Below are positions 1 to 7,759 of a stretch of DNA of 47,395 bases, one piece after another. The notes beneath the pieces are model-generated. The model was not told the DNA's origin. It saw only the letters and a program-made list of their open reading frames with translations, and searched no databases. Source of the DNA: Acidobacteriota bacterium (GTDB taxonomy: Bacteria; Acidobacteriota; Thermoanaerobaculia; Multivoradales; J023); assembly GCA_038530905.1 (NCBI GenBank), contig JBCBCF010000002.1, positions 1 through 47,395 on the forward strand, written 5' to 3'. Each line of letters starts with the position of its first letter. Positions within the stretch are counted from its first letter, which is position 1. The translations under genes and the position numbers were made by a program.

Positions 1-186
1 CCCGCGGTGCCGCCCGCGAGTTGACCTGGCTCGGCCGGCGGTTTCGCGGCCGACGCTGATCCTGTCGAGGGACGGCCGGGACGCGCGGTCCCGTGCCGCG
101 ATCCGAGCTGCAGAGGGCGCAGGGAACGGTGCGCCCGGCAGTGCGCTCTCCGCGAGGTGAAGCATGCGCGGCGTCGGCGCGGTGCG

Positions 187-1938
187 TCAGTCGCGGGGCC
201 GCGTCCAGCGGGCGTACGGGAAGAAGTCGACCAGCTCGCCGCCGCGCTGGTGTTCCTGAGCGTCGCGCCAGAAGTCGACCTCAAAGAGATCCGCGTGATG
301 CTGAGTGAAGATCTCTCTCGCCTCGCCGCGCAGGCCCAAGAAGGCATGCAGCTCTTCGGGGAAGACGTCGCGCTCTTCCACCGAATACCACGGCTGATCC
401 GACATCGCCTCGTACGGATCGCGCGGCTCCGGGATGCGGCGGAAGCGACATTCAGTGAGCGGGCGCAGCTCGTCGTAGTCGTAGAACACGACCCGGCCGT
501 GGCGGGTGACGCCGAAGTTCTTCATCAGCATGTCGCCGGCGAAGAGATTCGCCACCGCGAGATCCTTGATCGCCCAGCCCCAATCGATGATCGCGTTGCG
601 GGCCTCGGCGACGCTTCGCCGATGCACGTGCAGGTCGAGCGGCTCGACTCGGCGGCCGACGTAGAAATGCTTCAGGAGCACGCGATCACCGTCGATCTCG
701 ACGCTGCGCGACGCCAGCGTCCGAAGCTCTTCGAGCATGTCCTCGCCGAAGCGCTCGCGCGGCAGCGCGAGGTCCTCGAGCTCCTGATAGTCGATCAGCC
801 GGCCGACGCGATCGTGCAGCAGCACCAGGCGATATTTATCGCGCACCTCGGCGCGCGTCACCGCCTTGGCCGGTGGAAAGTCGTCCTTGATCACCTTGAA
901 GACGAATTCGAAGCTCGGCAGCGTAAAGACCGACATCACCATGCCGACCTGACCGGGTGCGCGATGGAAGCGCTCCGACGTGCGGGCCACGTGCTGGACG
1001 AGATCGTTGACCAGCTCGGTCTTGCCGTGCTTCCAATAGCCGAGCGAGATGTACAGCTCGCTGATCCGCTTGCGCGGCAGGATCGAGTGGAGAAATCCGA
1101 TCACCGCGCGAGGCGTCTCGACGTCGACATGGAAATACCAGCGCGCGAAGCTGAAGACGATCGACACAGCGTCCTCGGTCTGCAGCACGGCGTCGACCTC
1201 GAGTCCGTCGTCGCCGTGCAGCAGCGCCAGCGTCAGGGGCTGGACGTGCTTGCCGCGCCGCGCGCGTCCGACCAGGTAGGCGGCTTTGTTGCGCAAGAAC
1301 AGCGGCCGCAAAATGTCGACGGCGTCGATCGGGCCGGCGAAGTGGGCGTCGACGCCGGTCTGGAGGGCCTCGGCGACTCGCTCGACGGTCTGAGACTCGT
1401 CCGCGAGACGGATCGGTAGCTCGATGTCGCGGAAGATCCGTCGCACCACGGCCGGCGTCACGGTGCGCGTGGAGTAGGCGCGGGCCGCCGTCATTTCCCA
1501 GCCGCCGTACGGCAGCGGGAAGTCGGCCGAGACGAAGAGCGTCTCAGGATCGAGCCCGACCTGAGAGAAGATCCGCCGCGTCAGAGAGTTGAAGAAGGTC
1601 TGCGCCAGCTCGAAGTCGTCGCGGCCCAGGATCGCCTCGGCATAGGCCACCTTCAGCCGGCGCCAAACGGTGGGCTGCCCGACCGCGTCACCGAAGAGTG
1701 CCTGCAGCTCGGCGACCGCTCGATCGAGGCCGAGCGGCTGGCAGCGAAACCGCTCGCGGGTGTCACGGCGCAGCCCGATCCAATCGCGTCGTGCGAATCG
1801 CCGCCCGGCCTTTCGGGTCAGAGAGCGGAAACGCTCGTGGTACTCCTCGAACACGTCGACGACGACGGCGGCGGCCTCTGGCGCCAGCCGTTCGAGGCTG
1901 GCGTCGTCGAGCGCGGGCTGGTCCGGCCGCTCGGTCAC
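187..1938 (-). CDS. aceK: isocitrate dehydrogenase kinase/phosphatase
   Basis: ORF 187..2037 is collinear with AceK, including 'VFKVIKDDFPPAK', 'LLHDRVGRL' and 'AGDMLMKNFGVTRHGRVVFYDYDE'. I placed the start at the in-frame GTG 1936-1938, which overlaps the bshA stop as GTGA. The ORF-track start at 2037 would overlap bshA by about 100 nt. Confidence 0.85.
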   Translation of the reverse strand: MTERPDQPALDDASLERLAPEAAAVVVDVFEEYHERFRSLTRKAGRRFARRDWIGLRRDTRERFRCQPLGLDRAVAELQALFGDAVGQPTVWRRLKVAYAEAILGRDDFELAQTFFNSLTRRIFSQVGLDPETLFVSADFPLPYGGWEMTAARAYSTRTVTPAVVRRIFRDIELPIRLADESQTVERVAEALQTGVDAHFAGPIDAVDILRPLFLRNKAAYLVGRARRGKHVQPLTLALLHGDDGLEVDAVLQTEDAVSIVFSFARWYFHVDVETPRAVIGFLHSILPRKRISELYISLGYWKHGKTELVNDLVQHVARTSERFHRAPGQVGMVMSVFTLPSFEFVFKVIKDDFPPAKAVTRAEVRDKYRLVLLHDRVGRLIDYQELEDLALPRERFGEDMLEELRTLASRSVEIDGDRVLLKHFYVGRRVEPLDLHVHRRSVAEARNAIIDWGWAIKDLAVANLFAGDMLMKNFGVTRHGRVVFYDYDELRPLTECRFRRIPEPRDPYEAMSDQPWYSVEERDVFPEELHAFLGLRGEAREIFTQHHADLFEVDFWRDAQEHQRGGELVDFFPYARWTRPRD

Positions 1939-3146
1939 GAGGAGGTGGTGGAGGAGGGCAGGGCCGAGCACGGCCCGTCGGTCTTGGGCGCTCGTTCCTG
2001 CAGGGAGCACACGTCGCCCTGGCTCACCAGGCAGCAAAGCGCTCGCTCGTAGGCGGCGAGGATCGGACCGGTGGCGAAGCGTTCCGCGTTGGTTCGCGCC
2101 GCCTCGCGCATGGCGCGATGTCGCGTCGCGTCATGCAGCAGCTCGGCCGACAGCCCCCCGAGGCAGACGTCCTCGCCCTCCGGGCAGAGGATGCCGGTTT
2201 CGCCGTCGACCACGACCTCCGGCAGGCCGCCAGCGCGATAGCCGATCACCGGCACGCCGCAGGCCTGCGCCTCAAGCGCCGCCAGGCCGAAGCTTTCGGC
2301 GATCGACGGCAACAGGAAGAGATCGGAGGCTTGCAGCACCTTCTCGGGGCGGTCCAGCCGGCCGAGCACCCGGAGATCGTCGCGCACGCCGAGCTCCTTG
2401 GCCAGCGCCAGGGCCGGCTCGAGCTCGGGGCCCTCACCGACGAGAGCCAGGACCGCATCGGCCTCGGTGCGCAAACGGGCGAAGCCGCGGACGACATCGG
2501 CGACGCGCTTGACCGGTCGGAAATTCGACGCGTGAGAAACCACGAATCGATCCTCGGCATCGAGCCGGCGGCGCATCTTCGCGGCGTCTTTCGGCGCAAA
2601 TCGCTCGAGGTCGACGAAATTCGGAATCACCTGGATGCGGCCCGGGGCAACGTCGAATTCTCGCTCCGTCTCGCGGGCCAGCCAGGCGCTGGGCGCGGTC
2701 AGCAGATCCTGACGCTGGATCGAGAAGCGTGTCAGCTCGTGGAACGAGCGCTGCAGGCCGACCAGCGTGATGTCGGTGCCGTGCAGCGTGCACGCCAGCT
2801 TGACGTCGCGGCCGCGCGCCTCGCGCAGCACCTCGCGCGCCATCCACGCCGCCTGCGCGTGCGGAATCGCGTAGTGGCTGTGCACCGCCTCGACGCCGCG
2901 CTCCTCCACCAGCTCGACCAGCTTGTTGGTCAGATTGAGCGAGTAGGGAGGGTGTTTGAACAGCGGATAGTCGCTGACGTCGACCGCGTGAAAGAAGATG
3001 TTCTTCTGCAGCGGGTCGTAGCGGAACGGTCGGCGGTAGGAGACCAGGTGGATCTCGTGGCCGAGGCGGGCGAGCTGTTGGGCCAGCTCGGTGGCGACCA
3101 CGCCGCTGCCGCCATAGGTGGGATGACAGAGCACGGCGAGACGCAT
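1935..3146 (-). CDS. bshA: GT4 glycosyltransferase, BshA-like (N-acetylglucosaminyl-malate synthase of bacillithiol synthesis)
   Basis: 403 aa. 'MRLAVLCHPTYGGSGVVATELAQQLARLGHEIHLVS', 'LHGTDITLVG', 'SNFRPVKRV' and 'ESFGLAALEAQACGVPVIGYRAGGLPEVV' track Bacillus BshA closely (reference recalled from memory). GGAGG lies 7 nt upstream of ATG 3146. Confidence 0.75.
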   Translation of the reverse strand: MRLAVLCHPTYGGSGVVATELAQQLARLGHEIHLVSYRRPFRYDPLQKNIFFHAVDVSDYPLFKHPPYSLNLTNKLVELVEERGVEAVHSHYAIPHAQAAWMAREVLREARGRDVKLACTLHGTDITLVGLQRSFHELTRFSIQRQDLLTAPSAWLARETEREFDVAPGRIQVIPNFVDLERFAPKDAAKMRRRLDAEDRFVVSHASNFRPVKRVADVVRGFARLRTEADAVLALVGEGPELEPALALAKELGVRDDLRVLGRLDRPEKVLQASDLFLLPSIAESFGLAALEAQACGVPVIGYRAGGLPEVVVDGETGILCPEGEDVCLGGLSAELLHDATRHRAMREAARTNAERFATGPILAAYERALCCLVSQGDVCSLQERAPKTDGPCSALPSSTTSS

Positions 3147-3282
3147 CGACGACCTCCGCGGATCCGCGCGCTCCGTGCGCGCGGACGGCGCCTCATCCTA
3201 CGTCATCGCCAGCGGTCGATCTTCAGCGTGACGATCGGCTCGGCGTCACCGGCCGGCGGCGCTGGCGTGCGACGACGTCTGC

Positions 3283-5001
3283 TCACATCGGCAGTCGGCT
3301 GCCGATGCGTAGGGGCGGTGTCGGACCGCCGTCGTCGAACGGGAAGTCCGGCGGCAGATCGGTGTCGGGCGTCTGGAGCGCCAGCGAGTCGACCCAGGCG
3401 AGGAGATCGCGCACGGCGCGCTCGGCCCGATGCCGCCGCTGCGGGTCGCCGAAGTCGTACGCCGGCGGTATTGCGGGCCCAAAGTAGTCGAGGATCGAGC
3501 GGTCGCCCGGCATCGGGTGCGCGACAGTTTGCTCGAAGCGGCGCAGGGCGACGGTCAACGCCGCCAGGCTCGAGCGCAAGCGACCCCAGCGGTGCGACTC
3601 CCAGGACAGCGGGTCGTCGGCCGGGGTCTTGATGAAGCGATCACGCAGGCGGCGGCCGGCCTCGTCACCGCGCGCGATCAGATCCTCGATCGTGGCGCGC
3701 GACATGTTCAGGTTGAGCCCGCCCTCGTCCGGCCGCAGCCAGATCTCGATGACCCGCTCGCGAAAGCCAGGAAGGCGGAAATAGCTCGCGTCGTGCCACA
3801 TCTGGGCGCTGCGGAAGATAGCGTCGAGGAAGTCGAGCGCCCGCCCTGCCACCGTTGTGCGGTCCTCGAAGCCGTGCCACAGCTCGCGCCGCTCCTCGCC
3901 GAGGCTCTCCACCATGTCCAAGAGGTCGTCACCGACGTGCGCGCGCGCCGGCGTCCCATCATCTTCGGTGGCCTGCAGGCTAATCGCCAGCGTCGGCCAG
4001 CGCGGAAAGAGCACGTCGAAAGTGTGGATCGGCAAATTGCTGGTGATGCCGCCGTCGCTAAACCAGACCTTGCGCAGCGGCCGCCGCGCGTCCTCCTCGT
4101 CGACCGCCCACAGCGGCACGAGCGAGAACAGCCCGGGCAGCGCCAGGCTGAGACGCACGGCGACGACCACCGGCAGGTCGGCACCGACCGCCAGCGGCAG
4201 TTTGCCGTCGCGGCGCAGGGCCTCGCCGCCGGCGACGCGATCCGACGCGGCGATCAGATGGTCGATCACGCGGGCCGGGAAAAGGCGCGACCACGCCTCG
4301 GGATCGAACGCGAAGCGGGGCGCGCGAAACGGCAGGAGGTACGGCCGACGGAAGGTCAGGCAGGTCGTCACCATCTGGAGACGGATGGAGTGACCTTCGA
4401 GATCGCGCATCGCGGCGCCGAGCGCTCCCGGCGGCAGGGGCGCGCGCCAGAGGTGGCCGAAGGTGAGGACCTCGCGGTCGAGGTCGGCGACGGCGTCGAG
4501 TGCCCCGGTCAGCCAGCGCGTCATCGGCGGCCGTCGATCGCTCGGCGGACGGTCGTTCGCCATGCCGGTCGCCAGACCGAAGCCGTTGTCGATCCACGGT
4601 CGCAACGTCCGCCGATGGAAGAGCACGCGTCGGAGCATGCCGAGCTTCAGCCCGAGACGCTCGAGTCGGCCGGCCTCCGTCAGCCGAGACGCCCGATGAA
4701 CGAAGTCAAAGAGGTCGCAGGTCGCGCCATCCGGGCGAAACAGGCCGGCGAGCGCGCCATCGGCGGCCAGGCTCTCGACATAGCGCTCCATCAGGCGATA
4801 GCCGGTCGCGCGGCCGGTGCGTCGGCGTCTCAGCTCGGCGGCGGCGGCGAACGCCGCGCAGATGGCGCCGGCCGACGTGCCGCCGAGACCGGCGAAGACG
4901 TAGCCTTCGGCCAGGCGTGCGATGGCCGGCGGGTAGAGGATGCCGCTGGTGATGCCGCCCTTGAGCACCAGGTCGCAGCAGCGGGTCGGTGATTCGCTCA
5001 T
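3283..5001 (-). CDS. patatin-like phospholipase with long uncharacterised C-terminal half
   Basis: 'DLVLKGGITSGILYP' (Gly-rich oxyanion loop), 'GGTSAGA' (GxSxG nucleophile) and 'FSDGGITSNLP' (catalytic Asp in DGG). Start set at ATG 4999-5001 (MSESPTRCC...), which overlaps the nth stop as ATGA. Confidence 0.8.
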   Translation of the reverse strand: MSESPTRCCDLVLKGGITSGILYPPAIARLAEGYVFAGLGGTSAGAICAAFAAAAELRRRRTGRATGYRLMERYVESLAADGALAGLFRPDGATCDLFDFVHRASRLTEAGRLERLGLKLGMLRRVLFHRRTLRPWIDNGFGLATGMANDRPPSDRRPPMTRWLTGALDAVADLDREVLTFGHLWRAPLPPGALGAAMRDLEGHSIRLQMVTTCLTFRRPYLLPFRAPRFAFDPEAWSRLFPARVIDHLIAASDRVAGGEALRRDGKLPLAVGADLPVVVAVRLSLALPGLFSLVPLWAVDEEDARRPLRKVWFSDGGITSNLPIHTFDVLFPRWPTLAISLQATEDDGTPARAHVGDDLLDMVESLGEERRELWHGFEDRTTVAGRALDFLDAIFRSAQMWHDASYFRLPGFRERVIEIWLRPDEGGLNLNMSRATIEDLIARGDEAGRRLRDRFIKTPADDPLSWESHRWGRLRSSLAALTVALRRFEQTVAHPMPGDRSILDYFGPAIPPAYDFGDPQRRHRAERAVRDLLAWVDSLALQTPDTDLPPDFPFDDGGPTPPLRIGSRLPM

Positions 5002-5708
5002 CCCGAACCGGCGCGCGCGCCGGTTCGGCGCCGTCCCGACCGCCGCTGACGCAAGGCTAGGTTCTCTCGCGCCTCCTCGCGCTGGCGCTTCTTGGTCGAC
5101 GCCCAGGAGCAGATCGGGCAGGTTGTGAGGTCGTGGAAGCGCGCCGGACAGTGCTCGCGACCGAAGTAGATGATCTGCAGATGGAGATCGTTCCACGCCG
5201 AGCGCGGGAATAGCTTCTTCAAGTCGCGCTCGGTGGTCTCGACGTTCTTGCCGTTCGACAGTCCCCAGCGGGCGGCCAGCCGGTGGATATGCGTGTCGAC
5301 AGGGAACGCCGGATGTCCGAAGGCCTGCGCCATCACCACCGAAGCCGTCTTGTGGCCGACGCCGGGCAGAGCCTCGAGCTCTTCGAAGGTCTGCGGCACG
5401 TCGCCGCCTCGATCGACCAGCATGCGCGACAGCTTGGAGAGATTTTTCGCTTTCTGCGGTGCCAGGCCGAGCTGGCGAATGTGGTTCCGGATCTCCTCGA
5501 CCTCGAGTGCCGCCATCGCCGCCGGTGTCGGCGCGTCGGCGAAGAGTGCGGGCGTCACCTCATTGACCTTCTTGTCGGTCGTCTGCGCCGACAGCAGGAC
5601 GGCAACAAGCAGCGTGAAGGAGTCGGTGTGGTCGAGCGGGATCGGAGGCTCTGGATAGAGCTCGGCGAGCTGGCTCGCAATGCGCTCGGCCTTTTCGGCT
5701 CGTTTCAT
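4998..5708 (-). CDS. nth: endonuclease III family DNA glycosylase
   Basis: 'LLVAVLLSAQTTDKKVNEVTPALF', HhH 'LEALPGVGHKTASVVM', 'VDTHIHRLA' and the Cys loop 'HCPARFHDLTTCPIC'. Start at ATG 5706-5708 (MKRAEKAE...), because the ORF-track N-terminal extension is Arg/Ser low complexity. Confidence 0.85.
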   Translation of the reverse strand: MKRAEKAERIASQLAELYPEPPIPLDHTDSFTLLVAVLLSAQTTDKKVNEVTPALFADAPTPAAMAALEVEEIRNHIRQLGLAPQKAKNLSKLSRMLVDRGGDVPQTFEELEALPGVGHKTASVVMAQAFGHPAFPVDTHIHRLAARWGLSNGKNVETTERDLKKLFPRSAWNDLHLQIIYFGREHCPARFHDLTTCPICSWASTKKRQREEARENLALRQRRSGRRRTGARAGSG

Positions 5709-5730
5709 GAGGTTCTTTCGGTCGGTTCGC

Positions 5731-6900
5731 TCATCGCACCGAGGTACCGGGCTCGGCGTCGAGGAGCTGATCGGTCGGCGTTTCGAAGCCGACGAAGGTC
5801 GGTTCGGGCTCGAGGGAGATCCCGAAGACGCGGCGCACGCGCTGGCGGATCTCCCGCGCAAGGTCGACAACCTCCGCCGCCCTCGCGCCTTCGTGCGTGA
5901 CCAGCGCAAGAGTGTGACGACTCGAGATGGCTGCTCGTCCGCGGCGATGGCCGCGGGCGAAGCCCGCCTCCTCGATCAGCCAGGCGGCCGGCAGCTTCAC
6001 CCGCCGCTCGGCCGGCGGTCCGTCGGCAGGATAGCGGGGCAGCGTTCGCTCCGTCCCGCGCCTCCGAGCGACGTCAGCGACGCGATCCGCGTCCGCGGCC
6101 GCCACGATCGGATTGAGGAAGAACGAGCCGGCGCTGCGTGCATCGGGTCCGGTGCCCGACGGGTCGAGGACCATCGCTTTCGATCGTCGCACGGCGAGAA
6201 CCGCCGCGCGCAGCTCGGCGAGGGGCACCTCGGCCTCGCCGTCGAGTCGGAGGTGTCGGAGCAGATCGCCGTAGCGGGCGCGGCCGGTGGGCCGCGGCGC
6301 GAGGCGCAGATCGACGCGGGTCACGATCGGCGGCGGCCCGAGATCTCCCCTTTGCCGCCCTAGATCGCCGCCACGTCGCGCGCGCTTGAACGCGCTGGTG
6401 CGGTAGCCGAAGCCGCATGCTGCAGCAGAGAGCACGCGCGTGGCGCCGGTGGCTCGATCGACAATCTGGACCGTCTCGACGGTGGTCGCCAGCTCCTGGC
6501 CGTAGGCGCCGATGTTCTGAATCGGCGCCGCGCCCACGCGGCCGGGGATGCCGCTGAGGCACTCGAGGCCGGCGAGTCCTTCCGCCACCGTGGTTGCCAC
6601 CAACTCATCCCAATCGACACCGGCGCCTGCCGACACGCCCACCGAACCGTTGTCGAGCGGCGTGAACTCGGTCCGTCGATCGTCGATCGAAAGGACAAGG
6701 CCATCGAACCCAGCATCGGCGACCAGCAGGTTCGAGCCGCCGCCGAGCACCAAGAGCTGCCCGTCGCGCGTCTCCTGCAGCAGATCTCTCAATGCCTCTG
6801 CGTCCGGCACCGAGGCCCAGCGCGCGGCCGGTCCACCAACGCCGAGCGTGGTCCGGTCGGCGAGGCGGATCGATGTCGGAGAGGCCGCGGTGGAGGTCAC
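5731..6900 (-). CDS. murB: UDP-N-acetylenolpyruvoylglucosamine reductase
   Basis: 'LADRTTLGVGGPAARW', 'LVLGGGSNLLVAD', 'GLECLSGIPGRVGAAPIQNIGAYG' and 'GSFFLNP'. The start is uncertain. I chose GTG 6898-6900, 14 aa before the conserved LADRTTLGVGG. ATG 7005 is the alternative. Confidence 0.8.
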   Translation of the reverse strand: MTSTAASPTSIRLADRTTLGVGGPAARWASVPDAEALRDLLQETRDGQLLVLGGGSNLLVADAGFDGLVLSIDDRRTEFTPLDNGSVGVSAGAGVDWDELVATTVAEGLAGLECLSGIPGRVGAAPIQNIGAYGQELATTVETVQIVDRATGATRVLSAAACGFGYRTSAFKRARRGGDLGRQRGDLGPPPIVTRVDLRLAPRPTGRARYGDLLRHLRLDGEAEVPLAELRAAVLAVRRSKAMVLDPSGTGPDARSAGSFFLNPIVAAADADRVADVARRRGTERTLPRYPADGPPAERRVKLPAAWLIEEAGFARGHRRGRAAISSRHTLALVTHEGARAAEVVDLAREIRQRVRRVFGISLEPEPTFVGFETPTDQLLDAEPGTSVR

Positions 6901-7003
6901 GATCGGCGACTCTATGGCGAAGCGGGCGTGCGGCCAAGCCGGTCGATCAGCGGCATTCGAGCGTCGGTCGGCCGGTCGTCGGCTGCTAGCATCGATCCCT
7001 GTC

Positions 7004-7501
7004 ATGAACACCGACGACGCGCGCGGGTTGCCGCCGCCCACGAGCGACGATCGACCGGTCGAGGCCGGCGCGACGGTGGTGCCCGGCCAATCGCCGGACC
7101 CTCCAGCGCCGACCGATACGGGAGACTGGAAAGTCCCCGTGGCCCTCGCCCTGGCCGGCACGCTCCTGCTGCTTCTCCTCTTCTGGCAGGTGTTCTCTCG
7201 CCGCGACGCCTACCAGAGCCGCACGCCGCCGTCCTCGGTCGGCTCGTCGACCGGCGAGGCGCCATCCGCTGCAGCGCAAACCGGCGAGTCGGCGCCGACC
7301 CGGCCGCTGGTCGCCATTCTCGCGTCCAGTGCCCTCTCGGTGAACGAAGAGGCCGCCTGGATGTTGCCGGCCTCCGTCGAGCTGGCCGCGATGGACGCGG
7401 TGGTGCCGTCCCGCCGACCCGGCGCCGCACGTCTCGGGCCGAGGCGCCTCCAAGAGACCGGCGGCTTGGCCGATCTCGCGCTGCTCGCGGGCGCCTCCTG
7501 A
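7004..7501 (+). CDS. hypothetical single-pass membrane protein
   Basis: The portion of ORF 6548..7501 from ATG 7004 has strong G/C third-position bias in this frame and one TM helix, 'VPVALALAGTLLLLLLFW'. I recognise no family. Confidence 0.45.
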   Translation: MNTDDARGLPPPTSDDRPVEAGATVVPGQSPDPPAPTDTGDWKVPVALALAGTLLLLLLFWQVFSRRDAYQSRTPPSSVGSSTGEAPSAAAQTGESAPTRPLVAILASSALSVNEEAAWMLPASVELAAMDAVVPSRRPGAARLGPRRLQETGGLADLALLAGAS

Positions 7502-7673
7502 AGCATCGTCTGCCGATGAGTTCGCAGCGGAGCCTGCCGCTGCAATGCCGCGCCGCGGCGCGTCGATGAGAGATTTTTATGCAGAATATGCAGTTTTCAG
7601 GCCCTGAATGGAGATTTATTCGGCGATTATCTGCAGATTGACTTATAAATCAGTGTCGATCTGCAGAGATTGA

Positions 7674-7702
7674 TTGATTGTCTCCCGGTTGGGCACTATG
7701 CT
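7674..7702 (+). promoter_or_regulatory. candidate sigma70-type promoter of amtB-glnK
   Basis: TTGATT (7674-7679), a 17-nt spacer, then TATGCT (7697-7702), about 58 nt upstream of the amtB ATG. It lies inside the only AT-rich stretch of the window. Confidence 0.4.
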
Positions 7703-7759
7703 TAGCCGCACCTTGACGAACGGTCGGCGTGACGCCGGCCGCTGCCCGGGAGACGCTCG

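Noticed and set aside
115-136. 7-bp hairpin gggcgca-N8-tgcgccc downstream of aceK
   Set aside because: The stem is short, there is no U-tract on the transcribed (minus) strand, and it lies 50 nt past the stop. This is too weak to call a terminator.
1698-3632. 644-aa plus-strand ORF (also 157..1419 and 1670..2512) opposite aceK/bshA
   Set aside because: The translation is Arg/Ala/Gly/Pro low complexity with no family motifs. The opposite strand carries full-length AceK and BshA motif sets. This is a typical antisense open frame of GC-rich DNA.
7003-7005. ATG 7005 as the murB start (CATG shared with the plus-strand ATG 7004)
   Set aside because: It would add 35 non-conserved residues and place two divergent start codons on the same four bases with no room for promoters. 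GTG 6900 gives an N-terminus of typical MurB length. It is kept only as an alternative.
7689-7707. Sigma54-like -24/-12 element 'TTGGGCACTATGCTTAGCC' upstream of amtB
   Set aside because: GGCAC is present, but the -12 element reads TTAGC. This puts GC one nucleotide too far from GG (11 rather than 10 intervening positions), and there is no TTGC. The same bases are better explained as the TATGCT -10 of a TTGATT-17-TATGCT sigma70 promoter.
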